A DNA stretch of 64,000 nt, taken from assembly GCA_964016885.1 (NCBI GenBank), contig OZ024740.1:376774001-376838000 (forward strand), written 5' to 3'. Made by a program: the position numbers and the translations under genes. Each line of letters opens with the position of its first letter. Position 1 is the stretch's first letter. The notes below the pieces were generated by a model that was given only the letters and a program-made list of their open reading frames with translations, had not been told where the DNA came from and searched no databases. The stretch is from Eledone cirrhosa (Eukaryota). Below are positions 12,088-25,520 of the stretch, piece after piece.

Positions 12088-12650
12088 TGGTGGCTGCCAA
12101 CTCGATTTCGAGTACGGCCACTACTTTATATCCATGTAGGAGAACCCCTACCGAATCACTGAACGAGTGTGGCTTTTTAGTCCAGCCAGCTACTTGAAAA
12201 CTCTGGCACAAACACTACACTTGCGACAATTATTGACACATAGTGCTGGGCCCATGGTACCATGTGACGACAAGTGCAGAGAGATCTCCAGATATAAAGC
12301 AATGCCTGTGCCGTGAAGCTTTTATAATGAGCAAAGACACTGCACAAAGCCAGTCCCACTCTTTTAACCAAGATGATATTTACCAAAAAGAAGAACAAGT
12401 CAGCATCATTGGATACCATCAGGGTTGCAGGTGTTATATCAGAGTTTTCCTTCTCCTAGAGTTCTGCCTTGACAAAGGCTAAGGGGTCATCTCTCCCGGT
12501 GATTTTGGATGGCCATTGACTCTTAAGAGCTCCTTTGCCCTTTTGACAGGTTTTGTTTTTAGTCCTGCAGGATGTCCAAAGTCAACGACCCGACCATGAG
12601 ACAGGTTGTACTGGGATACATGTTACCAGTAGCACCAACTGGTGACATGT
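12088..12650 (-). mobile_element. Non-autonomous short element carrying an RTE-type 5'-UTR motif (about 560 bp)
   Basis: Minus strand contains CTAGGAGAAGGAAAACTCTGA, which resembles RTE 5'-UTRs, and ends GCAGCCACCAT followed by microsatellite. Close copy at 21079-21451; relatives at 16620-17385 and 20588-21050. Confidence 0.6.
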
Positions 12651-12792
12651 ATAAATAGGGATTTGTTTTGTTTATTATAAGGTAAATAAAAGTTATTATT
12701 ACACACGCATACACACTCACATATACTCGCACACTCACACACACAAACACAGTTAACACACACCCACACACACACGCGCGCACGCACACATG

Positions 12793-12866
<74 letters not shown>

Positions 12867-13027
12867 TATATACATGTGTGTGTGTGCGCGTGCGCGTGTG
12901 TGTGAGTGTATGTGTGTTAACTGTTTGTGTGTGTGTGAGAGTGTGCGAGTATATGTGAGTGTGTATGCGTGTGTAATAATAACTTTTATTTACCTTATAA
13001 TAAACAAAACAAATCCCTATTTATACA
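12648..13027. repeat. Inverted repeat / fold-back with a microsatellite core
   Basis: tgtataaatagggatttgttttgtttattataagg... from 12648 is the reverse complement of the sequence ending at 13027. Confidence 0.85.
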
Positions 13028-15013
13028 GAATTCTTTTTAATAGAATATAGTCTTCCGCTATATTATGACTGCCAAGGAATCATATTTACCACTCTAAACT
13101 AACTAGGCACTTTTCAATTTTAAAATATAGTATCCTCTTACAGCTAGTGGGGGCGTAGTGTTGATGAGTCGTTATAACATTTATGGCGATAACGCTGAAT
13201 CATTAAAAGAATGTGAACTTCAAATAGTTAATAATTTATCTGATACTTGAATGAGTCCGCTCCCAATGAGATTCGCTATTGTAAGTTTATATATATTTTG
13301 TACAATAATATATCCGTTCCTTTTTCTGTAATAGCTGCTGATGCATAATATAGTGATATTGTCCTTAAGAATTTGTCGCGCATCTTACGGTATATTTGAA
13401 TAATTTTGGGTTTTGATTTCAAATTATACCACTTCCAATTTTACCTAGTGATGAAATATAAACTATCAAATACGCTGGTAAGCTTAATAAATGTGGTCTT
13501 TGTGTCTATGTTATAATCTCTATTTAATACTATTGTTTTTGTATGCTCATGAAATATTTCCCACCTAAGGAATAACTATGAACGTTATAAAAATTTGAAC
13601 TGGAAAAATAATAATGTCTTTATTGATGGAGCACAATATCTATAGGAAAGCATTTAAAATTTAATCAACCCCAAAGTTACAAACTATCAACATGTCTATT
13701 CTAAATGAAAACTAATATAAATTCTATAATGTATTTAGTTGGAATTCAGTTGTTAGATATTTCATAACATGAAATTATGCCAGCATATTCTTGTTTTCCC
13801 AACAATATCAATACGGAATTATTTTTCAGTTAAGGTTGAAAAACAAATGTGACATTTTGCTTTATTGATCTTACTTTTCCAGAAGCAATGGTTAACGTTA
13901 ACATCTGCGGTACACTAAGAATGCAAAGTTTTCTGTTTTGAACTAAATCAATTAGTTATATGTAGAATTTTGGCGCCAGCGTTATATCGCATTACAGAAA
14001 ATGTTATGTATTTTAGTGTTTTGTATGTATATATTTGATTCATACGAGGATCAACTTTTCTCTTCATCCCTTTAGAGTATATTAATATACCATGAATCAT
14101 TTCAATCGATTGTATTTATTCTTCTTACTGAATAAGAAAGATTATTATAAAAATAAAATCATTCTTAAATTATGTGTTCTTGAAATGGATATGCCTATAT
14201 ATAATATCGCTTTAAAGAAAAACTGTACTCTACATAATATAAAAGAATGTGAATAGAACGGTGGGAATATGCTTTGCAAAACATTATGTCATAATATAAT
14301 TTTTACCATTCTAGAGCTGTGATAGGAATTGTGAACAGTATTTCAGACTAAGGACTAATGTTTAACTCTTATGGCAATGCCATCGTTGTAAATATAATTT
14401 AATGTGATGAACTGAGCTCTTAAACAGTATGCGTTGTTAAGAAGAATACAACGTTGTAATTTTAGGAGCATGTACAACATTTAACTTTTGACCAGTAGAC
14501 CATTATCCAAATCATTCTCTTAATCATTATAGTCCCCTCAAGTTCGTAATTTAATTTCATAAAAATAAATACAGACAAAACTATATAATTCCATAGCGAA
14601 TCAAGACGTCAGCATCTGAAGAAAATAAGTAAAATAAATATACTTTTCGAATTTGTAACTAACATTAACTTAAAAGTAACTATCTATGACCAGTAACGTA
14701 CAGCCAACACTGTACTAACGTGACGCTTTTAATATTATTCCTAAACATTAATCTCTAAGCTGCCAAGAAACTAGTGAAATTGAGTGAAAACAATTCCGAC
14801 AATATATAAAATAAACTTTTATACAGAACGTACTATCGATTGAAATGTACTTAATTTGTTTAAAGTTCTTTCTGGGAAAACATACAAACATCCATAATTA
14901 GGAATAGGTGTATCTGTGGCTATTTATTGAAATATATGTAAATATGTAATGCATCATATGAGAAAACAGATAAGAATTGTAATAAGACTTATATACATAT
15001 ATATATATGCGCC

Positions 15014-15154
<141 letters not shown>

Positions 15155-16619
15155 CACTGTGATAGTTAGTAGACGTATTCTAGCAAACAAGTATTTGTAT
15201 ATTTTGAATATGAATCATAGACGTCAGATATATCCTCATATAATGTATGTTTGTAGCTGTGCAATATTGAATTTTTTCGAATCATATTAATTTAGTTGGT
15301 AGAAAAACAAATAACTTATTTATGTTGAAATCTGTCCATAAGTGCTTTACTCTTAAAAAGCACTAATGAAGCTACAGTGTTTATTATTCATCAAAGAATT
15401 GCATATCAATATTAATTATGAAAGATCACTCCCAGTACATTTCGATAATGAAATGATTACTATAAAAGAGAAAAATCAAAGAGAATCAATACGGTATATT
15501 TGTTTATCAGTTTGATTGTTTGTGTTTTTTTTATTTTGTTTTCGTTTTTTTGTTACAGTTTTCCCTTTTGTTTTCCTTGTTTGATATCGGTTTTTGTAAT
15601 TTCTTTCGTAATTGTAAGGAACTCCTCATCACAAAGGAATTGTATATTTTGTTTATATGAATCTATTGTTTAGTCGATTATACTAATTTCTCAAGTACAC
15701 GTGGAATTGTGACTAACAGATAGATTAGAGTTGTTATATTTGGGAACATGGGTAGCATTTCCCATTGGGGTAAATGAACATGGTACTGTAAACCAACTAC
15801 ATTCTATTAAATTCCTCAATGCTGCTACACCTTACAGCAGTTGCTTGTACCATCAATGGTACCCACAGTGAATGAACTATGTGTAAATTACAGCCCAGGT
15901 ATAACTGTTACGGTTGCGGATTCGCCACAGTCACAACGAGAGGATTTAAAATTTCTTCTTTATTAGTTTGATATTTGGCCTATATCGAATTGTTATATGC
16001 TTACATTGTAAATATATATACAATTTATATTTTATAACTGATACAACAAAGGTTTGATTCGTTCTATATTTTACAGGCATAGCTATCACATTTTCATATC
16101 GTTCAACGTTTTTAGGCATATCCACTGCGCGAAATTGAACACCTTGTATATGATGGTGACTTTACACTAATGTATCTTTAGTTACACGTACTTTTAAAGT
16201 TATAGATGAAGGTCTCGGCATTTTTGTATGCTACTATAAATCATTCCTACATAGTTATATTTGAATATTCTTGAACTCATTAATAATAAGTTGTCTTAAA
16301 TGTATTTGTAAGCTATTTTTCTTTGTTAGAAATATATCATATTTTGACAGGAATAAATATGGGAACAATGATATGAATTTTAAAGTTAAAGTGTCATGTG
16401 TCACGCTTAGCTTGCTAGTTTAACAATTGGGAATCAGTCTTAATAGTTTTTCTTTATAATTTACTGTATATGTTTTCATTGTTTCGCCTAAGTAAATTTT
16501 GATAAGGGAGAGAAAATCGTTTGTATATGGCAAGGCAACAGTCAAGAATTACGAGGCTTGCTATTCATAAACAATGTCCCTTGTTAAATTCCCTTCTAAA
16601 ATATTCTATATACATACAT

Positions 16620-17385
16620 GATGGCTGCAACTCAATTTCAAGTAATGTCATCGCTTGATACTTAAGCATGAGCATCACGGACGTGGCCTTTTAGTCCGTC
16701 TTGTGACTTGCCTATGACCAGCTATGCCATGCATCGCAAAGAATGTCACATATCAAGCGGTGCATTTGATTGAAGATTATTTAAGTGCGGAAAGGTTTTG
16801 CATGGGGCCGATCCCACTATCTGAACATCGGATACATTTGCCCAAAGAGAAGACCTGGTCTGCATCATTGGACGCAAACGAAGTCGTAGGTTTTATATCA
16901 AAGTAAACTTTTTCTACAAAGATGTTTTAATGAACACTATGAGTCTTTCGTTTCACTAAGAAAAAATATCTTCATTGGATAGCCATTGACTCTCTTGAGT
17001 TCCTCTGCCCTTTGATGGGTTTTGTTTTTCATCCCACAGGATGTCCAAAATCACCCTCCTCACCAAGCAAGCTTGGTGGAGTTGCCGGTTTAGTAGCCGA
17101 CGACCCAACCATGCACAGGTTGTATTGGGTGATATGTTACCAGTAGCACTGAAGAGTGACCTGCCAGGTGACATACATACGTACATGATAGCTGCCTCCT
17201 CGTTACCGAGTATGGCCATTGCACGAAAATTCCATTATTAGTTAATTCCATCGTGCAATGACTGTGCGCAAGAAAGACTGTGCACTGAGCCAATCCCACT
17301 CTCTGAGAGACAGTAGCTATAACCCGAAAATAAGAAAAGATCAACATCATCGCTAACTGCATACAAAACAGTAAACAATCGCAGG
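16620..17385 (-). mobile_element. Diverged relatives of the RTE-derived short element (two nested pieces)
   Basis: Share gccattgactct, caggatgtccaaa, tgttaccagtagcac and aagactgtgcactgagccaatcccactct blocks with 12088-12650 and 20588-21050. Confidence 0.5.
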
Positions 17386-19050
17386 ACGTTGACTTCAATA
17401 TGGCTGTACTAAGTATACCACATAATATCAAGGTTTCACACGCAGCCAAAATCCTACAACTACTAGTAGATGCTGTGTAACGCTTGGCCAAGTCATGGTA
17501 CACCACTGTACGCTCTAGGGGTGATAAGGAGCAAATTCAGTCTGATAACATACTCTACCAAACAGGCATCTTTCAGGACGATAGCTTGTCAGTGGTGTTC
17601 TTCGTCTTCTGATTAAACCCACTATCATACCCGCTCAAATAACATAGTGGTCACATAAATAGTTCCAGAAGTATCTGCCATCTTTTCTTTGTCGATGATG
17701 TATAGTTTTATCGGACAAATAAGTAAAACATTTTGAGCTGATTACCCAATTTTCTAAAAATATCGGAATAGTCCAAATGTACATCTTTGGCAATAAATCA
17801 TGGAAAAGTTATGCCTTCCTCTGAAAACCTAACGATGCCAACTATATTATGTTGGACTGGATGAAAATGTCAGATATGATGGACCCATAAATAAGGTGGA
17901 AACTAGAAATGAATATCTCAGGAGAGTAAAGAGAATATGGTCATTAGAACTCTCAGAGTACAACAAGAGCATTGCTCAGAGTACCGTTGCTGTGTCCATC
18001 CTTATGCAAGCATTTGGCCTGCTGAACTGAGCGTGATGTTTTTAAGGGCTTGCAAGCCGCTCGGTGTTACTCGAAACTTTAACATCAATGGTGATGAGGG
18101 TAGACTATATTTTGCACGCAAGATGGATGACCGAGACCTAAAATTCATATTAGCGTCATTCATGACTCGAATAATAACACTGAAGTAACATTCCTCAACA
18201 GAAGAAAAAGGTCAACAGCCATTTCACCCAGGTTTGTGAGTAGGAAAATAATAATAGTGTTAGTATATCCCCTGATCTAGAGGAGAGACATCAAATAAAA
18301 GCTGATATGAATTTAAAAGATAGACCAATTCACCGAGAAATTTTATATAGGTACTTGAGCTCAAAACACAAACTATAGAGGGGATAAACTATACTAAAAG
18401 CCTGACAGAGATTTCCGACACGTTCATAATATACCACCTTGAAGAATATTTCCCTGCAATCCAGGCACAAGAAATCCCCTGAAGTATCTAATGCACGAAA
18501 GACAGTCTTTATTTGACAATAAAGGTAGGCTGTGGAAAACAAAGACCACATTTTGACCAACTCCGAAAGAATGTCTTCACGTTACTTTCTTTCCATGAGG
18601 CATGGTGTAATATCTAGAATCATCTGGGATACATTACAGAAGACGTGAATAAACTCAAATATAAGGGAGTATGTTGAGACTGGTGGCTGATAGGAATATT
18701 AGTAGACCTAAAAGTTGAAAGCACCACCGAATTAGGACGGCCTGATATTGTTGTTTGAGAACATGCCCTGTTGTAGAAGTCAACTGCCCACGTAATGCTG
18801 ATGTGGTAAGAAAAATGAAAGAAAAAGGATATATACGAACCATTAATGAGGGATTTGCAGATCCGAATCCAAGATACACGTTCAGCTTCATACACATTAC
18901 TATTGGAACTACAGATTATATACAAACCCGCCTGGACCAAAGTATAACTGAACTTAGATATGTGCGGAAAGAACGTAGTCCATTAATTTATAACCTACAA
19001 ATGGCTGCGATATCTAGAACTTTCAAAAGCTATAAAATATGGAGGAATCA
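17385..19050 (+). pseudogene. Old decayed R4/Dong-like RLE LINE fragment (RT to RLE)
   Basis: GIFQDDSLS, LFFVDD, DENVRYDGPINK, RPDIVV and YTFSFI are homologous to 23780-25435, with many stops and frameshifts. Confidence 0.8.
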
Positions 19051-19069
19051 AAGAATCAACTCTTACACA

Positions 19070-20000
19070 ATTTGGAGTTTAAAGTTTTAAATTTTGTATC
19101 TCCAAATCGTCTCTCTAACTTTATTTTTAGGTCTTCCTGGTGTTGTGTGAAGTTGCTCTCTATGTTGCATTTCATAACGACTGCGATGCGTGAGATACTT
19201 CGTCACAGGGACAACATTTTGCTCTTTAAATTCCGTATCCACGCTAGTTCAGGCTTTTTGTTTGTATCTTGATTGCGTGGTTTTAGATGTTCGTTATATG
19301 ATAGCAATGTGACAGCTGAAACATATAACAAAATGTTAAGCGTTTCAAATGTCGTTTCTACACCTTTAGATCGTATAGCCTTCAGATAATTGTCAGCTAT
19401 TTCGTTCACCGCTTCCAATTCCAATTTAGTGGGTTCTTTACTGATTCTGGTGTTGTATGGTCTGTCACTCACATTAAGGCTGTGTATCTCTTGAAACATA
19501 TCGTCCCATATCACTTGTAAGGTGTCCACAAGTTTTTGGTGTTCTGTTTGTACAGTAGAGTCATGAATTTCAGCCTCGTTGTTGATGTGGTGACAATTAC
19601 TACTAGAATTAGCTGACCATTCTCGCTGTTCTTCAGTGAAATTGGGATGGATTTCAGCAAAATTGATGGTTAGATTTAGCTGGCCATTCGCTTTGTCTGT
19701 CAGTGGAGGTGGGGTGGTTTCCTACAAGGGCTGTATTTGTAGTATCACTCAATTCCGTTAGATGTATCAATTTACATCTAATAATACGTTTTGCCTGTTC
19801 ATTTAAATGCTTTGGAGAAAAGTCTAATTCTGGGTGTTTGGAGTTCCATAAAGTGTTTAGCCTTTGCATAAAACCGAACTTTTGGGGTTCAGATTGTTTG
19901 TATGCTTCATATAATTCTTTGTTAAGCTCGTAGCTCCACTGTATACAGCGGTTGTAGTTGCGATTTGGTCGAAGGAGACTTGTACAACTTTACAACTTTG
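19070..20000 (-). mobile_element. Inverted, near-identical copy of the 5' coding part of the R4-like LINE (about 22120-23060)
   Basis: ORFs 19203-19529 and 19654-19869 match 22447-22827 and 22119-22652 almost exactly. Confidence 0.88.
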
Positions 20001-20079
20001 CCCTCGGAAGGTGGTGTGTTAAAGATAAACTCAACATTAATAGAGAGAACATATATACATACACATACACATAACATGC

Positions 20080-20124
20080 ATGCATACATACATACATACA
20101 TACATACATACATACATACATACA

Positions 20125-20153
<29 letters not shown>
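20080..20153. repeat. (TACA)n microsatellite
   Basis: Read directly. Confidence 0.9.
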
Positions 20154-20155
<2 letters not shown>

Positions 20156-20575
20156 GATTACACCTTCAGATTTATGCCCGTGATTATTGGGGCACTGGGG
20201 TATGTTAGTAACTGCCTCAATACAAATCTTGAGAAGCTAGGCTTCACAGTAATAGAAAGAGCACAACTAGTTAGGAAATTACAAGTACAATCCATTAATG
20301 GAACAGTAAAAATATGTAAAACATTCCAAACATTTTGCATCTAATAACTGCATATACACATGTACAGATGCAAAGCATATACACATGCACACATACAACT
20401 CAAAACATCCACATCCACACATACAATGACATCCATATCTACACATGCATGCATACATACATATCTACCTAGTTGATGTTGTGTAAAGTCCAATGAGAGA
20501 TTATTGTGTCTATGTTAGAAACCGACTCTTTCTCTATTGGTAAAACTTTGTGAAATTATAAAACCAGAAGAACAT
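20154..20575 (+). mobile_element. 5'-truncated 3' end of a second R4/Dong-like family, flanked by (TACA)n
   Basis: Reads YTFRFMPVIIGALGYV...LQVQSINGTVKICKTF, homologous to 25250-25435. A 3'UTR and a CATA tail follow. Confidence 0.75.
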
Positions 20576-20587
20576 ACATACATACAT

Positions 20588-21050
20588 GATGGCTGCTCCC
20601 TCGTCATCGAGTATGGTCATTGCACGATATAACATTATTAATAATTATCAATTAATTCTATGGTGCAATGCCTGTGCGTGAAGATATTTTTTAAAGTGAG
20701 GAAAGACTGTTCACTGAGCCAATCCCACTCTCTGAGCGACAGTAGCTATAACCCGAAAAGAAGAAAAGATCAACATCATCGGTAACTACTGAACCGCAGG
20801 TTTTATATTGGAGTTATCCCAGTTTCCTGAGTTGCCTTCTCCTAAAAGAATGCCCTGACAAAGGCTAGGGGTCCTCCACTCCCAGTGGTTTAACCGCGCG
20901 ATCGGGTGTCCAGCCCGACTAGTTCTATGTCCCCGCGTATATACATACACATGCACCCATTTATATACACATATATATACATATGTACATGTACATATAC
21001 ATATTTACACATTTCCGGATGGCCGTTGACTCTTATGTGTTCTTTGTCGG
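20588..21050 (-). mobile_element. Variant of the RTE-derived short element
   Basis: Similar to 17186-17385 and 12400-12530 (gacaaaggctagggg, ggatggccgttgactctt). Confidence 0.5.
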
Positions 21051-21078
21051 AACATACATACATACATACATACATACA

Positions 21079-21451
21079 TGTTGGCTGCTAACTCGTTTTC
21101 GAGTACGGCCACTACTTTATATCCATGTAGGAGAACCCCTACCAATGCGCTGAACGAGTGTGACTTTTTAGTCCAGCCAGCGACTTGAAAACTCTGGTAC
21201 AAACACTACACTTGTGACAATTATTGACACATAGTGTTGGGCCCATGGTACCATGTGACGAGAAGTGCAGAGAGATCTCCAGATATAAAGCAATACCTGT
21301 GCTGTGAAGCTTTTATAGTGAGCAAAGGCACTGCACAAAGCCAGTCCCACTCTCTTAACCAAGATGATATTTACCAAAAAGAAGAACAATTCAACATCAT
21401 TGGATACCATCAGGGTTGCAGGTGTTATATCAGAGTTTTCCTTCTCCTAGA
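21079..21451 (-). mobile_element. RTE-derived short element, 5'-truncated copy
   Basis: Highly similar to 12088-12460; (GTAT)n on both sides. Confidence 0.75.
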
Positions 21452-21547
21452 ATACATACATACATACATACATACATACATACATACATACATACATACA
21501 TACATACATACATACATACATACATACATACATACATACATACATAC
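21452..21547. repeat. (TACA)n microsatellite, upstream flank of the R4-like LINE
   Basis: Read directly. Confidence 0.92.
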
Positions 21548-24500
21548 GGCTTACAGGAAGGCAACACACCATATATTGGAAAAAGTTGAGCTACATTACG
21601 CGGTAAGATTACATACAATAATTCTACATAAATGTTTGAACTGTAACTGTGTTGTAAAACACCTATTTATATGAACGAGACTACACTTATGATATATGAA
21701 CGATACATACACTTTAACATGTAAATGCAACGTTGTTATATTACATTTGTAAAGAAATATGCAAGTAACGTTTTCGATTCAGAAACAAAAACATAAGTGT
21801 TTGAACTGTGAATATGTTGTAGAAACCTATTTATATGAATGATACATAAACTTTAACATATAAATACAGCGTTGTTATATTATATTACATTCATAAAGAA
21901 ATATACTAAGTAACGGTTTTTTTTTGTTCTCGATTCAAACGATTCAAAAAAAAACGTTTAAAACACAGTTGTAGAATTAAAAACTAAATGAAAAGAAATA
22001 TTACCCAAGCTGTGAATAACTTTAAATTTGATTCTGACAGAACTTTGTCGAAACTTTTAAAGATCATAGACTATTTTGAAAAATAAATACAAAATATTAG
22101 TAAATAGACGAACTCATCATGGCAAAACGTACAAGTCTCCTTCGACCAAATAGCAACTACAACCGCTGTATACAGTGGAGCTACGAGCTTAACAAAGAAT
22201 TATATGAAGCATACAAACAATCTGAACCCCAAAAGTTCGGTTTTATGCAAAGGCTAAAAACTTTATGGAACTCCAAACACCCAGAATTAGACTTTTCTCC
22301 AAAGCATTTAAATGAACAGGCAAAACGTATTATTAGATGTAAATTGATACATCTAACGGAATTGAATGATACTACAAATACAGCCCTTGTAGACAACCAC
22401 CCCACCTCCACTGACAGACAAATAGAATGGCCAGCTAAATCTAACAGTGAAGAGCCCACCATCAATTTTGCTGAAATCCATCCCAATTCCACTGAAGAAC
22501 AGCGAGAATGGTCAGCTAATTCTAGTAGTAATTGTCACCACATCAACAACGAGGTTGAAATTCATGACTACTGTACAAACAGAACACCAAAAACTTGTGG
22601 ACACCTTAAAAGTGGAATGGGACGATATGTTTCAAGAGATACACAGCCTTAATGTGAGTGACAGACCATACAACACCAGAATCAGTAAAGAACCCACTAA
22701 ATTGGAATTGGAAGCGGTAAACGAAATAGCTGACAATTATCTGAAGGCTATACGATCTAAAGGTGTAGAAACGACATTTGAAACGCTTAACATTTTGTTA
22801 TATGTTTCAGCTGTCACATTGCTATAATATAACAAACATCTAAAACCACGCAATCAAGATACAAACAAAAAGCCTGAACTAGCGTGGATACGGAATTTAA
22901 AGAGCAAAATGTTGTCCCTGAGACGAAGAATCTCACGCATCGCAGTCGCTATGAAATGTAACATAGAGAGCAACTTCACACGACACCAGGAAGACCTAAA
23001 AGAAAAGTTAGAGAGACGATTTGGAGATACAAAATTTAAAACTTTAAACACAAAATTACACCAGTTGAAACAACAACTCACAGCTACAACAGAAAGACTA
23101 AAATATAAGTCAACAGCACATAACCGAAAAGTGCTAAATAGATTGTTTGCCAGAGATCCTGAATCAGTTTATCGCAGCTTCGATGGCAAAAGCTCGATCT
23201 CTGTAAATGACACCCCCTCAAAAGAACAGGTTGAGAACTACTGGAGATATGTATAGGAAACGGATGACAGATTCAACAGACAAACTAATTGGCTAAAAAG
23301 AACTGGAACAGGACTACTGCCAACATGTCCAGACAAAACAATATGACCTAAATTGGTCAATACTGGAAACAGCTCTATAGAAAATGTCGAATAGGAAATC
23401 ACTAGGCCCAGACCTCATTACAGGATACTGATTGAAGAATTTCACTTTCTATCGGCAAGATCTCATACGGCTGTTTACAGGAACTATTAAAGGCAGACAA
23501 GAACTGCCCAGATGGTTATCAACTGCCACTACTCTCCTCATTCCCAAAAGCAGCCAAACCACCCTTGCTAAAATTACCACCCAATAGCCTGCCAAAACAT
23601 CATGTATAAATTATATACTGGGTGCCTCAAACTGTTCTTACAGGATCACTGTGCTACCAACAACATCATAACACCTGAGCAAGCTAATGGAAAGAGGGAG
23701 GTGTGGGGTTGCATAGATCACCTACTAACTAATAAAATGATTCAGGAAAAAACAACAAAGAATCGCAGAAACATTACCAGAAGGGCATCTTTCAGGGTGA
23801 TAGTTTGTCAGTGCTACTCTTCGTTCTCTTACTAAATCTACTATCTTACCTACTCAGGAAACAAGGTGGACAAAGAAGTGGGTCCAGAAGTATCTCCCAT
23901 CTTTTCTTTGTTGATGACCTGAATTTGTATGGGCCAAATATCAATGACATCAAGAAACAATTGGACCTCATTACACAATTTTCAACAGACATCAAAATGA
24001 AATTTGGTGAGTCCAAGTGTGCATATTTGGCAGTAAAACGTGGAAGAGCTGTGCCCTCCTCTAGAAATCTAGAGATGAACGGCCTGACAATACAAACTCT
24101 ACAGTCAGGTAACAACTACAGATATCTTGGACAGGATGAGAATGTCAGATATGATGGACCCATAAATAAGGAGAGAACCAGAACTGAATACCTCAGAAGA
24201 GTAAAGAAAATATGGTCATCAGAACTGTCAGCGTACAACAAATACATTGCCCACAATACTTATGCTGTGCCAATTCTAACGCCAACATTTGGCCTGCTGA
24301 ACTGGTCATTGCAAGAACTAAGAGAGATGGAAGTTAGAACTCGCAAACTTCTCAGTGTTACTGGGAACTTTAACATCAATGGTGATGTGGATAGGCAATA
24401 CTTCTCACGCAAGGAAGGTGGACGGGGTCTTAAATCCATATGAACATCATATGAGACCCGGATAGTAACACTGAAGCAACACCTTCAACAGAGGAAAAAG

Positions 24501-25520
24501 GTTGGCAACCATCTTGCCCAGGTTTATGAGCATGAAAAAAAAAATATCATTAGAATAGCCACTGATCTGGAGGAGAGATATGGAATAAAGTCTGATATAA
24601 ATCTCTCACCCAGAGAAATCGGAAGATCCTATTCAATGTTCAAACAAGATGAAAAAATTGACCAATTTACAGAAAAGGTTGTGCCTGTATACTTGAGACG
24701 TAAAACACAGACCATAGAGGGGATAAACCACTCAAAAAGCCTGGCATGGGGTTCCGACAAGTTTATGACATCACACCTTGAGAGATATCTCTATGCAATA
24801 CAGGAACAAGAACTCCCTACCAAACATCTGCTGCACAAAAGGGAAGGGCCATCAGCTTACAATAAATGTAGGCTATGTAAAACAAAGATCGAGGATGTAA
24901 GCCACCTTGTTACAAGCTGCGAAAGAATGTCATCTCGGTACTACCTCCCCATGAGACACGATGGGATAGCTAGAACCATCTGGAACGCACTTCGGAAAAC
25001 AAAATTAACAACAAACGAGGAAGAATATATTGAGACAGATGTCACTAAGGAATACTGGTGTAACCTGAAAATAAAAACTGCCACCAAATTAAAGCACAAC
25101 CGGCCTGATATTGTTGTTTGGACCACACATTGAAAACGTGTTCTGTTGTGCAGATCAGCTGCCCACTTCATGTAAACGTTGTCAGAAAAATACAGAAGGA
25201 GGACATCTACGGACCATTGATGAGGAGTTTACAAATCCAGTATCCAAGATACACCTTTAGCTTCATACCCATCATTATTGGAGCTAAGGGTTATATACCA
25301 ACCCGCTTGGACCAAAGTATGACTGAACTTGGATTTGCGGACAAAGAGCGCAGCTCCCTAATTCATAGTCTACAAGTGGCTGCGATAGCTGGCACCTTTA
25401 AAATTTGTAAAACATTCTTGCGATTCAAGGGATGACAATTTCTTTTCTTTTACAACCTTGGCACTAGGAAGGTGGCGGGTCAAAAAATATACTCAAAATT
25501 AAGAGAAAGAGATAAAATAC
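21548..25520 (+). mobile_element. R4/Dong-clade RLE-type non-LTR retrotransposon, near full length but disabled
   Basis: Broken ORF 22119-25435 with GIFQGDSLS, LFFVDDL, the knuckle CRLCKTKIEDVSHLVTSC, RHD and KHNRPDIVV (restriction-like endonuclease). Flanked by (TACA)n on both sides. Confidence 0.88.
22119..25435 (+). pseudogene. RT-RLE polyprotein pseudogene
   Basis: Fragments at 22119-22827, 22909-23256, 23602-24443, 24636-25133 and 25118-25435. An internal deletion near 23775 removes RT motif A (KNRRNI joined directly to GIFQGD). Confidence 0.85.
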
